64,000 bases of DNA. Origin: an uncultured virus (IMG/VR IMGVR_UViG_3300030330_001568). Lineage: Duplodnaviria > Heunggongvirae > Uroviricota > Caudoviricetes > Crassvirales. Shown here piece by piece: positions 1-9,900 of this stretch. Positions within the stretch are counted from its first letter, which is position 1. The number at the start of each line of letters is the position of its first letter. A program made the position numbers and the translations under genes. Where the stretch lies: the IMG/VR virus record IMGVR_UViG_3300030330_001568; one strand, 5' to 3'. The notes beneath the pieces were generated by a model. The model ran no database searches. It had not been told where the DNA came from and saw only the letters and a program-made list of their open reading frames with translations.

Positions 1-33
1 CATGTAGGAGATAATACAGTAAAATTTAAGTAA
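1..33 (+). CDS. 3' end of an upstream gene (partial, ...HVGDNTVKFK*)
   Basis: Frame 1 is open from the window edge to TAA at 31-33; too short to assign a product. Confidence 0.4.
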   Translation, partial: HVGDNTVKFK

Positions 34-54
34 AACAATTTAAGTAAAACAATT
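23..54 (+). repeat. Tandem 14-nt duplication AATTTAAGTAAAAC immediately before the rIIA start
   Basis: Copies at 23-36 and 37-50 plus partial AATT; AATTTAAGTAAAA recurs at 2348-2360. Confidence 0.8.
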
Positions 55-2358
55 ATGAAAATAGTAAGTAATTCTGATATTCAGAGTGTAGGAACTGTGA
101 ATAAAAGTATAGACTTTGGAATAGATAAAAAGAATATAGGTATATTATTCAGAGGTTTCTCTGACACCTTATATTCTAACAAGATTGGTTCTATTGTTCG
201 TGAGGTAACTTCTAACTGTTTTGACTCTCATAGAGAAGCTGACATAAAAGATGACGTTGTCATTACTATGGTACCAGCAGATCCTTTGACAGGAAAGAAC
301 GGTAAGATTAGCTTCCAGGATGTGGGTGTTGGTCTAAGCCCTGAAAGAATCAAGGATATATATTCCAAGTATTTCTCTTCCACCAAGAGAGATACAAATA
401 ATGAGATTGGTGGATTTGGTATAGGTGCAAAGAGTCCTTTAGCTTACACTGATGTATTTGAGGTTAACACCATATATGGTGGTATATCATACAACTATGT
501 AGTACATAGAGGAGAAGAAGTACCTGTAATCAAATTATTAAAGCAAGAGAAATCAACTGAACGTAATGGTACTACTGTTATTCTACCAGTTAGAGCAGGA
601 GACGAAGAAAAGTTTAAGGATGAGTGTAAACATCAACTTAGATTTTTTAGTAACATTCGTTATATAGGACTAGATATAGATCGTGATTACAAAGTCATTC
701 AAGGTAAACATTGGATTGCCTCTACTGATAATAACACTGAGTATAATCTATCTATATGTCTTGGCGGTGTAAGTTATCCTCTAGATAAATCTCTTGCTGA
801 ATTAAGTGAGTATACTCAAGATGATAGTATGTATTGTAATTATTGGAATAGAACTACAATTGCTCTTAAGTTTGATATCGGTGAGATAGACGTAACTATG
901 TCTCGTGAAAGCATTGAGTATAATGATAGAACTATCAAAGCAATAAAAGACAAGTATAAACTAGCTAGACAAGAGCTTATAGATATGTACCAGACTAACT
1001 GGGATAAAGTAACAGATTTTAGACAATACTTTATAGACTGTAATCATAGAAATAGTAGTATAATTAAACTACCTGTAGGAGAATATACTATAGATATTAG
1101 TTTTACTATGAGAAGTGCAGATCGTCCTAAGTTTGCTCCATGGGGAGTTGCTGTAGATCAAAACATGCTATCATTAATTTTAAAGACTTATAGAATTATA
1201 GACGGTCAGAGAAATTTAAAGAAGTATGGCAATGAAGCTCACACTTTGTTTACTAACTATGATCTGGATCATTGGTTTAGAAAAGCAGACAAGCTTAGTT
1301 CCTTGAAGAGTAATTATATTCATGATGAGGTAATTCAATCTGGTACTTTTGTATGTGTAGAAGCTAAACAAGAGCCTGATTGGAATAGAAGCACTTGGTA
1401 TAAAGACGCACAAGAAGACTATAAGATAGTCAAACCTTTGTTGTTAAAATATATAAAAGATAACACACGAAGCTATGACAAGATAGTTGTACCTGAATCT
1501 TATAAACCAGTTGTACCTACTAGAGTTAAAACAAAAGCACCTAGAGGTGCTGTATGTGCTAGAATACCTCACTATGAAAGATATTATCATAGAGATAGTC
1601 AGTCTGATATTACATATAAAAAACATAGTACTACCTATGTAGCAGTAGAAGAATTAATAAATTCTGGTACTACTATTATATATGGGACACAAGACGAAAT
1701 AGAGATTCTAGATAAGTTTAGTTATATATTTTCTTATATGGGTGGTAGAATGGAGAGACGTGGAGACGTGTTACAAATTGGTAGAGAGCGTGTACAAATA
1801 CACAAGATAGCAGGCAGTCATGTTAAACATTATTCTAACATGGGTGCATTATCTATAAAGGAGTACATTATCAAGAATTACAATTGGATAACTTCGTTTA
1901 AAGAGGCTGAAACTTTTAACAATTTCTATAAACATCTCAATACTATAATAGAGGACACTAACATATTTCCTAAATCTTTTGAAGGAATATTTACAAAAAC
2001 TTCTATGATAGAAAACTATGGTCAAGTAGATCCTGTTTTTAATACACGTAGAAGAGGAGATATGGGAGAAGAGTATAAAGAGGGTAAGATGGAAGTAGAA
2101 GTTAAGAAGCTATTAGAATACTACGGTATTCCATATGCTCCAGATAACTTTTCTGTCAACGGATATTGTATAAAGTCTATTAACAATATGTTTAGAAGTA
2201 TATTTAATGAGATATACTACTTAACATATACTGTAAATGTGTCCCCTAGTAATTTAAGAGAGTATAAAGATACTCCAGAAAAAGGTCTAAACATACTAAA
2301 AAGTATTATAAAAGACCATTATAAAGTTGTATATTATAAAATCAATAAATTTAAGTAA
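55..2358 (+). CDS. rIIA: rIIA-like protein with N-terminal GHKL/Hsp90-like ATPase domain
   Basis: GHKL motifs LYSNKIGSIVREVTSNCFDSH, FQDVGVGLS, STKRDTNNEIGGFGIGAKSP, NGTTV; SRESIEYNDRT; followed by an rIIB-like gene. Confidence 0.85.
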   Translation: MKIVSNSDIQSVGTVNKSIDFGIDKKNIGILFRGFSDTLYSNKIGSIVREVTSNCFDSHREADIKDDVVITMVPADPLTGKNGKISFQDVGVGLSPERIKDIYSKYFSSTKRDTNNEIGGFGIGAKSPLAYTDVFEVNTIYGGISYNYVVHRGEEVPVIKLLKQEKSTERNGTTVILPVRAGDEEKFKDECKHQLRFFSNIRYIGLDIDRDYKVIQGKHWIASTDNNTEYNLSICLGGVSYPLDKSLAELSEYTQDDSMYCNYWNRTTIALKFDIGEIDVTMSRESIEYNDRTIKAIKDKYKLARQELIDMYQTNWDKVTDFRQYFIDCNHRNSSIIKLPVGEYTIDISFTMRSADRPKFAPWGVAVDQNMLSLILKTYRIIDGQRNLKKYGNEAHTLFTNYDLDHWFRKADKLSSLKSNYIHDEVIQSGTFVCVEAKQEPDWNRSTWYKDAQEDYKIVKPLLLKYIKDNTRSYDKIVVPESYKPVVPTRVKTKAPRGAVCARIPHYERYYHRDSQSDITYKKHSTTYVAVEELINSGTTIIYGTQDEIEILDKFSYIFSYMGGRMERRGDVLQIGRERVQIHKIAGSHVKHYSNMGALSIKEYIIKNYNWITSFKEAETFNNFYKHLNTIIEDTNIFPKSFEGIFTKTSMIENYGQVDPVFNTRRRGDMGEEYKEGKMEVEVKKLLEYYGIPYAPDNFSVNGYCIKSINNMFRSIFNEIYYLTYTVNVSPSNLREYKDTPEKGLNILKSIIKDHYKVVYYKINKFK

Positions 2359-2359
2359 A

Positions 2360-3490
2360 ATGAGTAAAAATCAAATATTTGCAATACGCAGTGACAAAGA
2401 TGTTACTGCGTTGGTCAACGGTATAAGCTACTACAAGAGCGAATCCGATAAGACTAAAGCTCAGTCATTATACGAAAGAATAAAGACTGTAGCATTGAAT
2501 CCAACTAATTTACTTGTAGAAGAACTCATACAAGAATTTGATCCTACATCTGCGATATATGGTCAAGAAAGTCTTGTAAGAGATAGTATGGGTAACTGGT
2601 TCCTTAAAGGTTATAGTGAACCACTACCTTCTAAACTTCTAAATAAAATGAGAGAGTTTATAGAGAAAGATATTCCTCTAACTCCTCTTGTTAACTTTTG
2701 GAAGTTGACTATGTTAAATCCTGCAGATCACGTAAAAAGAGATCTGTATAGTTTTATGGATCAGTATGAGTTTCCTATTACAGACTCTGGTTATTTTATA
2801 GCTTACAAGTCTGTAAAGAAGACTGAGAAAACATACAAGGCAGTAAATATGTGGGTACCAAAAGAGTATATACAATTAAAAGCTTCTGGTGGTGATCCTA
2901 CAAAGTATACAGTTGTAGATAAAGATGGTGACTTTTCTATTGTAGAGACTGATCTGATAACAGATAGTTCTGGTAACTTTATTGCACCAGATCATGTTGC
3001 TGGTAATCTAGAAGAGATGTTTAATTCTATAAATAATCTTACAGATGAAACGGTAGAAGCACCAGAGTTTACTGATTGGCATCAAGGCAGTACACAAATC
3101 AGACTTGGCTCTCCTGTTACTATGGATAGAGGTAAGTGTGATAGCAATCCTATGAACACTTGTTCTAGTGGACTACATGTTGGTGCACCAGGATACGTCA
3201 AAGGATTTGGCGGAGGTGGCGGTAACGTTTACCTTGCATGTCTTGTAAATCCTATGAATGTAGTTGCAGTACCATCTGATTATTCTTATATGAAGATGAG
3301 ATGTTGTGAGTACTATGCTTATGGTATTGTAGATCTAGACAATGATATGTCTATAACTACACCATACTTTGAGCATGACTACAAAACATGGGAGACAGAA
3401 GCTCTAGAGAAAGAACTCGAAGAGTTTAAGAAAGAAAGAGCCGGTGAGAAAGTTGGTATCATAAAAGAACGACTTATATCAGTAGCTTAA
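2360..3490 (+). CDS. rIIB: rIIB-like protein
   Basis: PITDSGYFIAYK, CDSNPMNTCSSGLHVG, VNPMNVVAVPSDY..KMRCCEY; start placed at ATG 2360 (MSKNQ) just after the rIIA stop. Confidence 0.85.
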   Translation: MSKNQIFAIRSDKDVTALVNGISYYKSESDKTKAQSLYERIKTVALNPTNLLVEELIQEFDPTSAIYGQESLVRDSMGNWFLKGYSEPLPSKLLNKMREFIEKDIPLTPLVNFWKLTMLNPADHVKRDLYSFMDQYEFPITDSGYFIAYKSVKKTEKTYKAVNMWVPKEYIQLKASGGDPTKYTVVDKDGDFSIVETDLITDSSGNFIAPDHVAGNLEEMFNSINNLTDETVEAPEFTDWHQGSTQIRLGSPVTMDRGKCDSNPMNTCSSGLHVGAPGYVKGFGGGGGNVYLACLVNPMNVVAVPSDYSYMKMRCCEYYAYGIVDLDNDMSITTPYFEHDYKTWETEALEKELEEFKKERAGEKVGIIKERLISVA

Positions 3491-3508
3491 GATGGTTTAT
3501 AATGCACT

Positions 3509-3538
3509 GGGGACTTCGGTCCCCTTTGTGTTTGTTTA
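3509..3538 (+). terminator. Intrinsic terminator after rIIB
   Basis: GGGGAC-TTCG-GTCCCC stem with a cUUCGg tetraloop and a T-rich tail. Confidence 0.8.
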
Positions 3539-3559
3539 ATTTAATTATTATATTGTATT

Positions 3560-4498
3560 ATGGATTATTTACAAAGTAAAAAGATTAGTAACTCATCCTT
3601 ATCATTAATAAATCCAGATCAAGGCGGTTCTCCTAGAAAGTTTAAAGATTACCTAGATGGTAATTTAGAGCATTTAGAGACACCTTCTCTGTACGCTGGT
3701 ACTACCATACATAAGTTTATACTAGAGCCAGATACGTTTGCTATATCAGACGTAGAGCGACCTAGTGATACAATTGTACGCATTATTGATAAAGTATATG
3801 AGATTACTAGAGGAGAAATGGATAGTGCGTTAGAATCGCACAAAGAGTACATTTTTGGTAGTGCAAAAGAATACAACTATGGACAGAGTTGGAAACCAGA
3901 TACATTAATTAAAAAGATAATAGATCAAGGTAATGACTATTATAACTTTTTATTACGAGCTGACGGTAAAACCTGTATAGATGCTAAGATGGCAGCTATG
4001 CTTACCGCTGTTAGCGATTCTCTCAAGAATAATAAAAAAGCAGCAGAGCTATTATTTGGCGATGGTGAAAATGAGAAAGAATTGTATTGGGGACCTAACT
4101 CTACCTACAAATCTAAGATAGATAGACTTGCTGAATGTGATTGTGATGACCACAAGTATCATTTAGTAGATCTAAAAACAACATCTAAGAGTGTAGAATT
4201 CTTTAGAAGTTCCTTTGACTATTACCATTACGATAGACAACTAGCATTTTATTATGATGCTCTTGTAGATCAGAACATCGGACCTATTGGCGAGGTGTAT
4301 ATAATAGCAGTAGAAACTACAGGTTATTATCAAACTAGAGTGTTTGAAATTGATACTTGTTTATTAGAAGCAGGTAGAAAGAAATACAAAGACTTGCTTG
4401 ATAGAATAGCTTGGCATAAAGATAGAGCAAATTGGTCCGACCGGAGAGAAATACTCGAAGGAGAATCAATAACTATTTTTAAAGAACATGATAACTAA
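3560..4498 (+). CDS. PD-(D/E)XK exonuclease, RecE/ExoVIII-like
   Basis: ISNSSL, GTTIHKFILEP, E..LYW, KSKIDRL, LVDLKTT, YDRQLAFY, IIAVE. Confidence 0.8.
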   Translation: MDYLQSKKISNSSLSLINPDQGGSPRKFKDYLDGNLEHLETPSLYAGTTIHKFILEPDTFAISDVERPSDTIVRIIDKVYEITRGEMDSALESHKEYIFGSAKEYNYGQSWKPDTLIKKIIDQGNDYYNFLLRADGKTCIDAKMAAMLTAVSDSLKNNKKAAELLFGDGENEKELYWGPNSTYKSKIDRLAECDCDDHKYHLVDLKTTSKSVEFFRSSFDYYHYDRQLAFYYDALVDQNIGPIGEVYIIAVETTGYYQTRVFEIDTCLLEAGRKKYKDLLDRIAWHKDRANWSDRREILEGESITIFKEHDN

Positions 4499-4676
4499 CG
4501 AAGAAAAAGCTAAGTATAATAAAAAGTCACAAGTAACACTTGATAAGATTAAAAGTAGTATAAAGAGACATGTAGAAAACAAGAACGTAGCTGGTCCATT
4601 TTATGTGGATGGCTGCGTTATCTACTGTAATAAAGAAAAAGTAAACGAAGTAAAAGAAAAGTATAATATACAATGA
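4488..4676 (+). CDS. Hypothetical protein (62 aa)
   Basis: Overlaps both neighbours in an operon-like arrangement. Confidence 0.6.
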   Translation: MITNEEKAKYNKKSQVTLDKIKSSIKRHVENKNVAGPFYVDGCVIYCNKEKVNEVKEKYNIQ

Positions 4677-5167
4677 CAAAAGAAAAATACGAGAATCTCC
4701 GAGCACATTTAAACGAGTGTGCTAAGGGAGTCATGTCCTTAAAACAACCTGAGTATACAGGTGAAAATGAGGATGTGTTACACAATTTTAAAAGTACAGC
4801 AGACCTAGTAGGTATATCACCACTAGAGGCTTGGGCTGTATTTTTTATAAAGCATGTGCAATCAGTAGTATCACATGCAAAAAATCCTAGTTTAAAAGAA
4901 TCAGAACCTATTAAAGAACGATATGTTGATTTAATAAATTATGTACACTTGGGGTATGCTCTTGTTAAAGAACAAGAAGATATAAAGATAGAGTTCTTAG
5001 GTAAAGCAAAAGGACATGATCCACAGTTTGGGGATTATACAGTACAACCTGGAGACGCAGGAACTGAAGGTGCTTACTTGAGAAAACATTATCCTAATGT
5101 ATACAATAAATATAAAAAGTATTACGATGATAAAACCGGTAACAATAAATCTTCCTCTGGAGGATAA
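4673..5167 (+). CDS. Putative all-alpha nucleotide-modification-associated / NTP-pyrophosphatase-like protein
   Basis: K..EY..E.EDVLHNF ... KH ... EPIKERYVDLINY pattern resembles DUF1599-like phage proteins (recognised by eye). Confidence 0.45.
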   Translation: MTKEKYENLRAHLNECAKGVMSLKQPEYTGENEDVLHNFKSTADLVGISPLEAWAVFFIKHVQSVVSHAKNPSLKESEPIKERYVDLINYVHLGYALVKEQEDIKIEFLGKAKGHDPQFGDYTVQPGDAGTEGAYLRKHYPNVYNKYKKYYDDKTGNNKSSSGG

Positions 5168-5579
5168 GAATTATATTAGTTTATTAGAAATAGAAAAAGT
5201 AGTTAGAGAGATAACAAAACTAGATATAAGAATAAAAACTAGAAAGCGTGAATACATAAACGCTCGAGGTTTATTTTATTTATTTGCTTGTGAATTTACA
5301 ATTACAAGCGTAACACATATAGCTAGATTTATAGGTATGCATCATTCTAGTGTATTATACCATAAGGAAAGAATGCCTTATACTATAGCACAAGATCCGC
5401 AACTAGAAATGTGGTATTTATGTGTATATAATAGTCTTACTGAACTTATTAAAGTAAAGAAAGCAACTGATGGAGAAATAGAATATGTAGATATATATAA
5501 TGTTTTTGAAAAAGTTGAGTATTTATTAAGTGAAGTAAAAAAACTTAAATCAACAAGAGATGAGCATAAAGAGTTATAG
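5127..5579 (+). CDS. Stand-alone DnaA domain IV-like helix-turn-helix protein
   Basis: TRKREYINARGLFYLFACEFTITSVTHIARFIGMHHSSVLYH resembles the DnaA C-terminal signature (R..AR..Y..S...I....DHTTV.H); likely start ATG 5127. Confidence 0.65.
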   Translation: MIKPVTINLPLEDKNYISLLEIEKVVREITKLDIRIKTRKREYINARGLFYLFACEFTITSVTHIARFIGMHHSSVLYHKERMPYTIAQDPQLEMWYLCVYNSLTELIKVKKATDGEIEYVDIYNVFEKVEYLLSEVKKLKSTRDEHKEL

Positions 5580-5745
5580 ATTAGATTACACAGAACTTCA
5601 TCCTGGTCAAGAGCTAGAAGAAGAAGACTATGTAATATTAAAAACAGATAGATTAAATTGGTCAATAGATCAGTTTATGAGAAATAGAAATATAATAGCG
5701 TATAAAATAACAGAAATAAAAGATGGAACAGAATATGAAAATTAA
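5560..5745 (+). CDS. Hypothetical protein (61 aa)
   Basis: Overlaps neighbours in the same operon. Confidence 0.6.
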   Translation: MSIKSYRLDYTELHPGQELEEEDYVILKTDRLNWSIDQFMRNRNIIAYKITEIKDGTEYEN

Positions 5746-6814
5746 TGATAAGTTTGGCAATGAGCTTATCATAGATAAAGAAGCACCATACCAGGTGCAC
5801 ATTGTACAAGCAAATGAAAACAGATCACGTATGGTAGGGTTCTTAGAACCACAATCAGACGGAACGTTTACATATAAAAAACGTGAAAAAGAATCTGATA
5901 TTTATAGAAAAACAAAAGCTTGGAGTATACATAACAGAATTTTAGATTTTGCACAACGTATTGAATACACTACGGAAAGAGCTGTGTACACTATAGACAC
6001 ACAAGATGCAAAAGTTAGATCAGGTAAAATGATTTATAAAAATGCTAGTTATACAGAAAAGTTATATATACCAATAAAGTATTGGAGTATAAAATTTAAT
6101 GAAAAACAAGATCAGATACTTTGTGACAGATTAGGTTACGAGTGGTGGTCTGAAATTAAACATGTATTTAATAAACCAGAAATGCTACAGCTAGGTATGT
6201 GGTTAAAACAGAGACGTAAAGAAACTGTTGTCTATCCCTCAGCTGGAGAAACATTTAATGCTTTTAAGTATTGTGATTTATTAGATACTAATGTAGTAAT
6301 CATAGGACAAGATCCTTATCATGATGGTAGTGCTCATGGTTTAGCTTTCTCTATACGAGAAGGTCAAACTAAAATACCACCATCTCTTAAGAACATCTTG
6401 AAAGAAGTACAGGATGACATATATGCAGAGAACTTTGCATTTAAGTCCGCACACAGTCCTGTATTAACAAGATGGGCAAGTCAGGGTATATTATTATTAA
6501 ATAAATCTTTGACTGTTGAGCAAGGCAAGCCTCTCTCGCACCAAAAACAATGGCAGGGCTTTGTAGATCTTGTTCTACGAATACTAATTGACTTTAAAAT
6601 TCAGAGAAAAGAACCTTTAGTTCTAATACTATGGGGTAAAGAAGCACAAAAGTGTGTACCAGAAGATGTAAATCAAGAGTATATACATGTGATAAAAGCA
6701 CCTCATCCAGCTGCAGAAGCATACAGCGGTGGTAACTCTGGATTCTTTGGGTCAAAGCCTTTTACAAAGTGCAATGAATTCTTAGACAAGTTTAATAAGA
6801 ATATTCTTTGGTAG
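5723..6814 (+). CDS. ung: Family-1 uracil-DNA glycosylase with ~130-aa N-terminal extra domain
   Basis: VVIIGQDPYH, AHGLAFS, IPPSLKNI, WASQGILLLN..LTV, LWG..AQ, HPAAEAY, FFGSKPF. Confidence 0.92.
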   Translation: MEQNMKINDKFGNELIIDKEAPYQVHIVQANENRSRMVGFLEPQSDGTFTYKKREKESDIYRKTKAWSIHNRILDFAQRIEYTTERAVYTIDTQDAKVRSGKMIYKNASYTEKLYIPIKYWSIKFNEKQDQILCDRLGYEWWSEIKHVFNKPEMLQLGMWLKQRRKETVVYPSAGETFNAFKYCDLLDTNVVIIGQDPYHDGSAHGLAFSIREGQTKIPPSLKNILKEVQDDIYAENFAFKSAHSPVLTRWASQGILLLNKSLTVEQGKPLSHQKQWQGFVDLVLRILIDFKIQRKEPLVLILWGKEAQKCVPEDVNQEYIHVIKAPHPAAEAYSGGNSGFFGSKPFTKCNEFLDKFNKNILW

Positions 6815-6900
6815 TATAGATAGGTGGGTATTACACTGGTTCTATTGTGGACTAAAATATAGGTCGTCATCCACAATAGTAATGCTCACCTTTATCTATA
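6815..6900. terminator. Long imperfect hairpin filling the gap between the convergent ung and RNAP genes; possible bidirectional terminator or structured RNA
   Basis: TATAGATA/TATCTATA, GGTGGGTATTAC/GTAATGCTCACC (2 G:U pairs on +), TATTGTGGA/TCCACAATA. Confidence 0.55.
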
Positions 6901-9900
6901 ATCTTTTATTAGCGGCTAGGAAGTTATCTAGTGCTGCGTCTGGATTAAACTGTAGTCCAGAAGAATAACCTAATACTTCTAGGAATCTTGCCTTAAGTTT
7001 ACTATCTCCTTTTTTGTATTGACCAGCATCTCTTTGATACTCTTCAAACGGATCAAACATCTGTGCATTCAATTTAATAAATCTGTCTATACCAGTAGTC
7101 ATAGCAGAAGGAGATCTTACAACTCTTAGTCCCTCTCTGAACATACCTGAAAAGTTTATAGGTAAAGGACCTATAAAAGGAGAGAATGCTTGTATTTCAG
7201 CATACGTAGTTTTTATTAGATACAATGCTAAGTAAGCAGGATAGTTTATAAAGTCTTCATCATCGTCATCTAAAGCTTGAGTCAACATAAAACCTAAGAA
7301 TCCTAATATATTAAGGGTTATTACCTCATGCAACAGTTTAAATGCTAGTTCTCTATCTTCTTTCGTAGCTGTTGCTCTTTTACCCGCATCCATAATTTTA
7401 CTAAATGCATTTTTCTCTACACTTGTTTTTAAATTGTTTATAAAATCTCTAAAGAATCTTCTATAAAATCCACCATCCGGTCTACCTGATTCATGATTAA
7501 CAAAATCAGCTCTCCATCTATTCATAGCAATAGGAACTAAGAACTTTCTAAATAACATAGCAGCTCTACCTATACTACTCTGTTCTGCAGGAGGTCTATC
7601 CATACTTCTATAGTTACCATTAAGTCTTCTATTCATTTCTCTAATTTCATTAATAGTATCTCTAACTATTTTATCAGCTTCTTTCTTTTGTTCTGGTGTT
7701 CCCTCTACATATTCTAATTTATTTTCTTTATTAACAAAGAAAGCATTGTATAGGTTATACTCATTATTTCCTAACTTAATTTTTTTCTTAAGCATAAGTC
7801 CTATTGCCGCTGCTCCTTGCATTTGTACCTCACCTACATGATAATTTAGTAAGAAACTATCTGTTGAAATAAATGCTCTTAGTGCTTGTCTACCTACTAG
7901 TTGTTTACCAACAAAGTCTTCAAAGTTTCCTTGTATAGCATCAAACTTTATTAAGAGCTGTCCTAGTTTAGATCTATTTCCTAGTCTTTCATACTTATCT
8001 TTATACAATTCATACCATCCTTGTCGCATTATACGATGACCCGCAATAAAATCGTTAGTACTAAGTCTATCTTTATTAGCTCTATTAGCACCAGACTCTA
8101 TTGCTTGCTGCCAAAATGCAGTAAGTGCGTTTCTTGTACCTTTTAAGAAGTCTAATCCTAATGTTGTAATAGCAGTATATCCTAATAACCCATCTACAAC
8201 CTTATCAAATTGTAAGGTCTTGCCAAATATTTCTACTTGATCACTTTTTTTAGTTTGACCTAAGAGAACCATTTCTATAAATTTCTCAATTCTTTTTTCA
8301 GAATTAGATTGTCCCGGTCTAAAGTTCATTATTTTTCTTCCTATTTTAGCTAATCCTATGCTAGAAGATTCTTCTGGATCAGCAACTCTTTCCCTTTTAT
8401 ATATATCTTCTAATAAATATGCGGTTTTTAATACTTCATTATTAGCTTCTGTTCTAGCTGCAGCGTTTGCAAAAATCATTAGAGAGCTCTTTATATCTAA
8501 ACTAACATCATCAGCATCTATTTCTTGTGTAAAGTATACTGGAGCTCTTCTACTAGACTGACCTTCTATAACGGCACTACCATATACAAAAGCATCATCT
8601 TCATCTATAGTAAATAATCTACTTGCTTGTTCTTTTATTTCACTCCAAACTCCATAATCTAATATTCTATCTAGTGTTCCTCTTCTTAAAGAAGGAAGCT
8701 GCATGTTAACAGTTTGTTGAACTCCTGTAGTAGCTAAAGCATCTTTGTATATTCTAGTAAATATTTCATGAGCTTGTCCAAGTTTATTTTTTGGAACTTC
8801 TACTTCAATAGTTTGACCATCTGGTCCTTTTCTTTTTACTCTCTTATACAACTTTCTCCATTTTGGATTTATAAACTTAGGTATAGTAACCTGGTAACCA
8901 AAATAGGCTCTATCTTGTGTTGGTTTTATTCCTGAAGCTTTGTCTATATCTTGTAACAGAGTGTATTCATCTGCACTAATTATATTGTGATAATACATTG
9001 CAGCATAATTCATTTGGTTAGAAGCCCAAGATCTTACTTCCGCAGGAGGTAACCTTTTAATAATAGCTTGTATTTCTCTTACATCTTTAGGTACAGTATT
9101 TACAGCTCTCCATGTTCTTGTAGCAAATCTAATAACTTCTTTTTCAGTTGCTCCTTGTTGAATTTGAGTTTGAACTCTAGATATAGAAGCTTCTAGTTCA
9201 GATATTTGTTGTTGTATTACAGCTGTTTTTAATTCGTCATCTAATCTATTAAAGGAATCTAATTTCTTCTTATATGTTTCTAATGTTTTCTTTCTTCTTT
9301 TTTCTAGCTGTGCTTTAAATCTTAAGAAGTCTTCTTGAGTTTTTATTAACTTTTCTTCTTGTTCTTTTAATTCTCTTTCAAATCTTTCTGAATCGTATTG
9401 AGTTACTAGTTGCATAACATCTCTACCATTATGACTAACTCTTTGTATTAATGCATCATACAAGGTTTTAGGATTATAAACTCCTTTTGTTTTTTGAGGA
9501 GGTGTACCTGCTTCTTCTAATCCTTGTATTACAAGCTCTTCTGCTCTTTCTAGTTCATTTGCTATTTCTAACGCTTGCATTCTTATATCATTATATAACG
9601 CATTTGTATAATTTACTAATGCTGCAACACCCGGGTCTCCCGAAGTAGCTGGTGATGTAAGAAGATAGTTTATAAATGAATCATCATGTGTAGTATACAT
9701 AAAGAAGTCTTTATATTGCTGTACACTTTGAGGAGCTTGTTCAGCTAGTCTTGTGAGTCTATTAAATTCTTTATTCAACTCAATTATTTTTTTATTTTTC
9801 TTTTCAGGAGTTAGATCTGAATTTCTAACTGTTTCTATTTGATCTGCTGTTATTTTTAGTCTCTGATCAACATAAGCTTTTGTAGCAGGACCAGATCTTT

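Noticed and set aside
3530..3559. Promoter before the exonuclease gene (TTTG...TATATTG)
   Set aside because: Does not match TAnnTTTG, and the spacing is off in very AT-rich sequence
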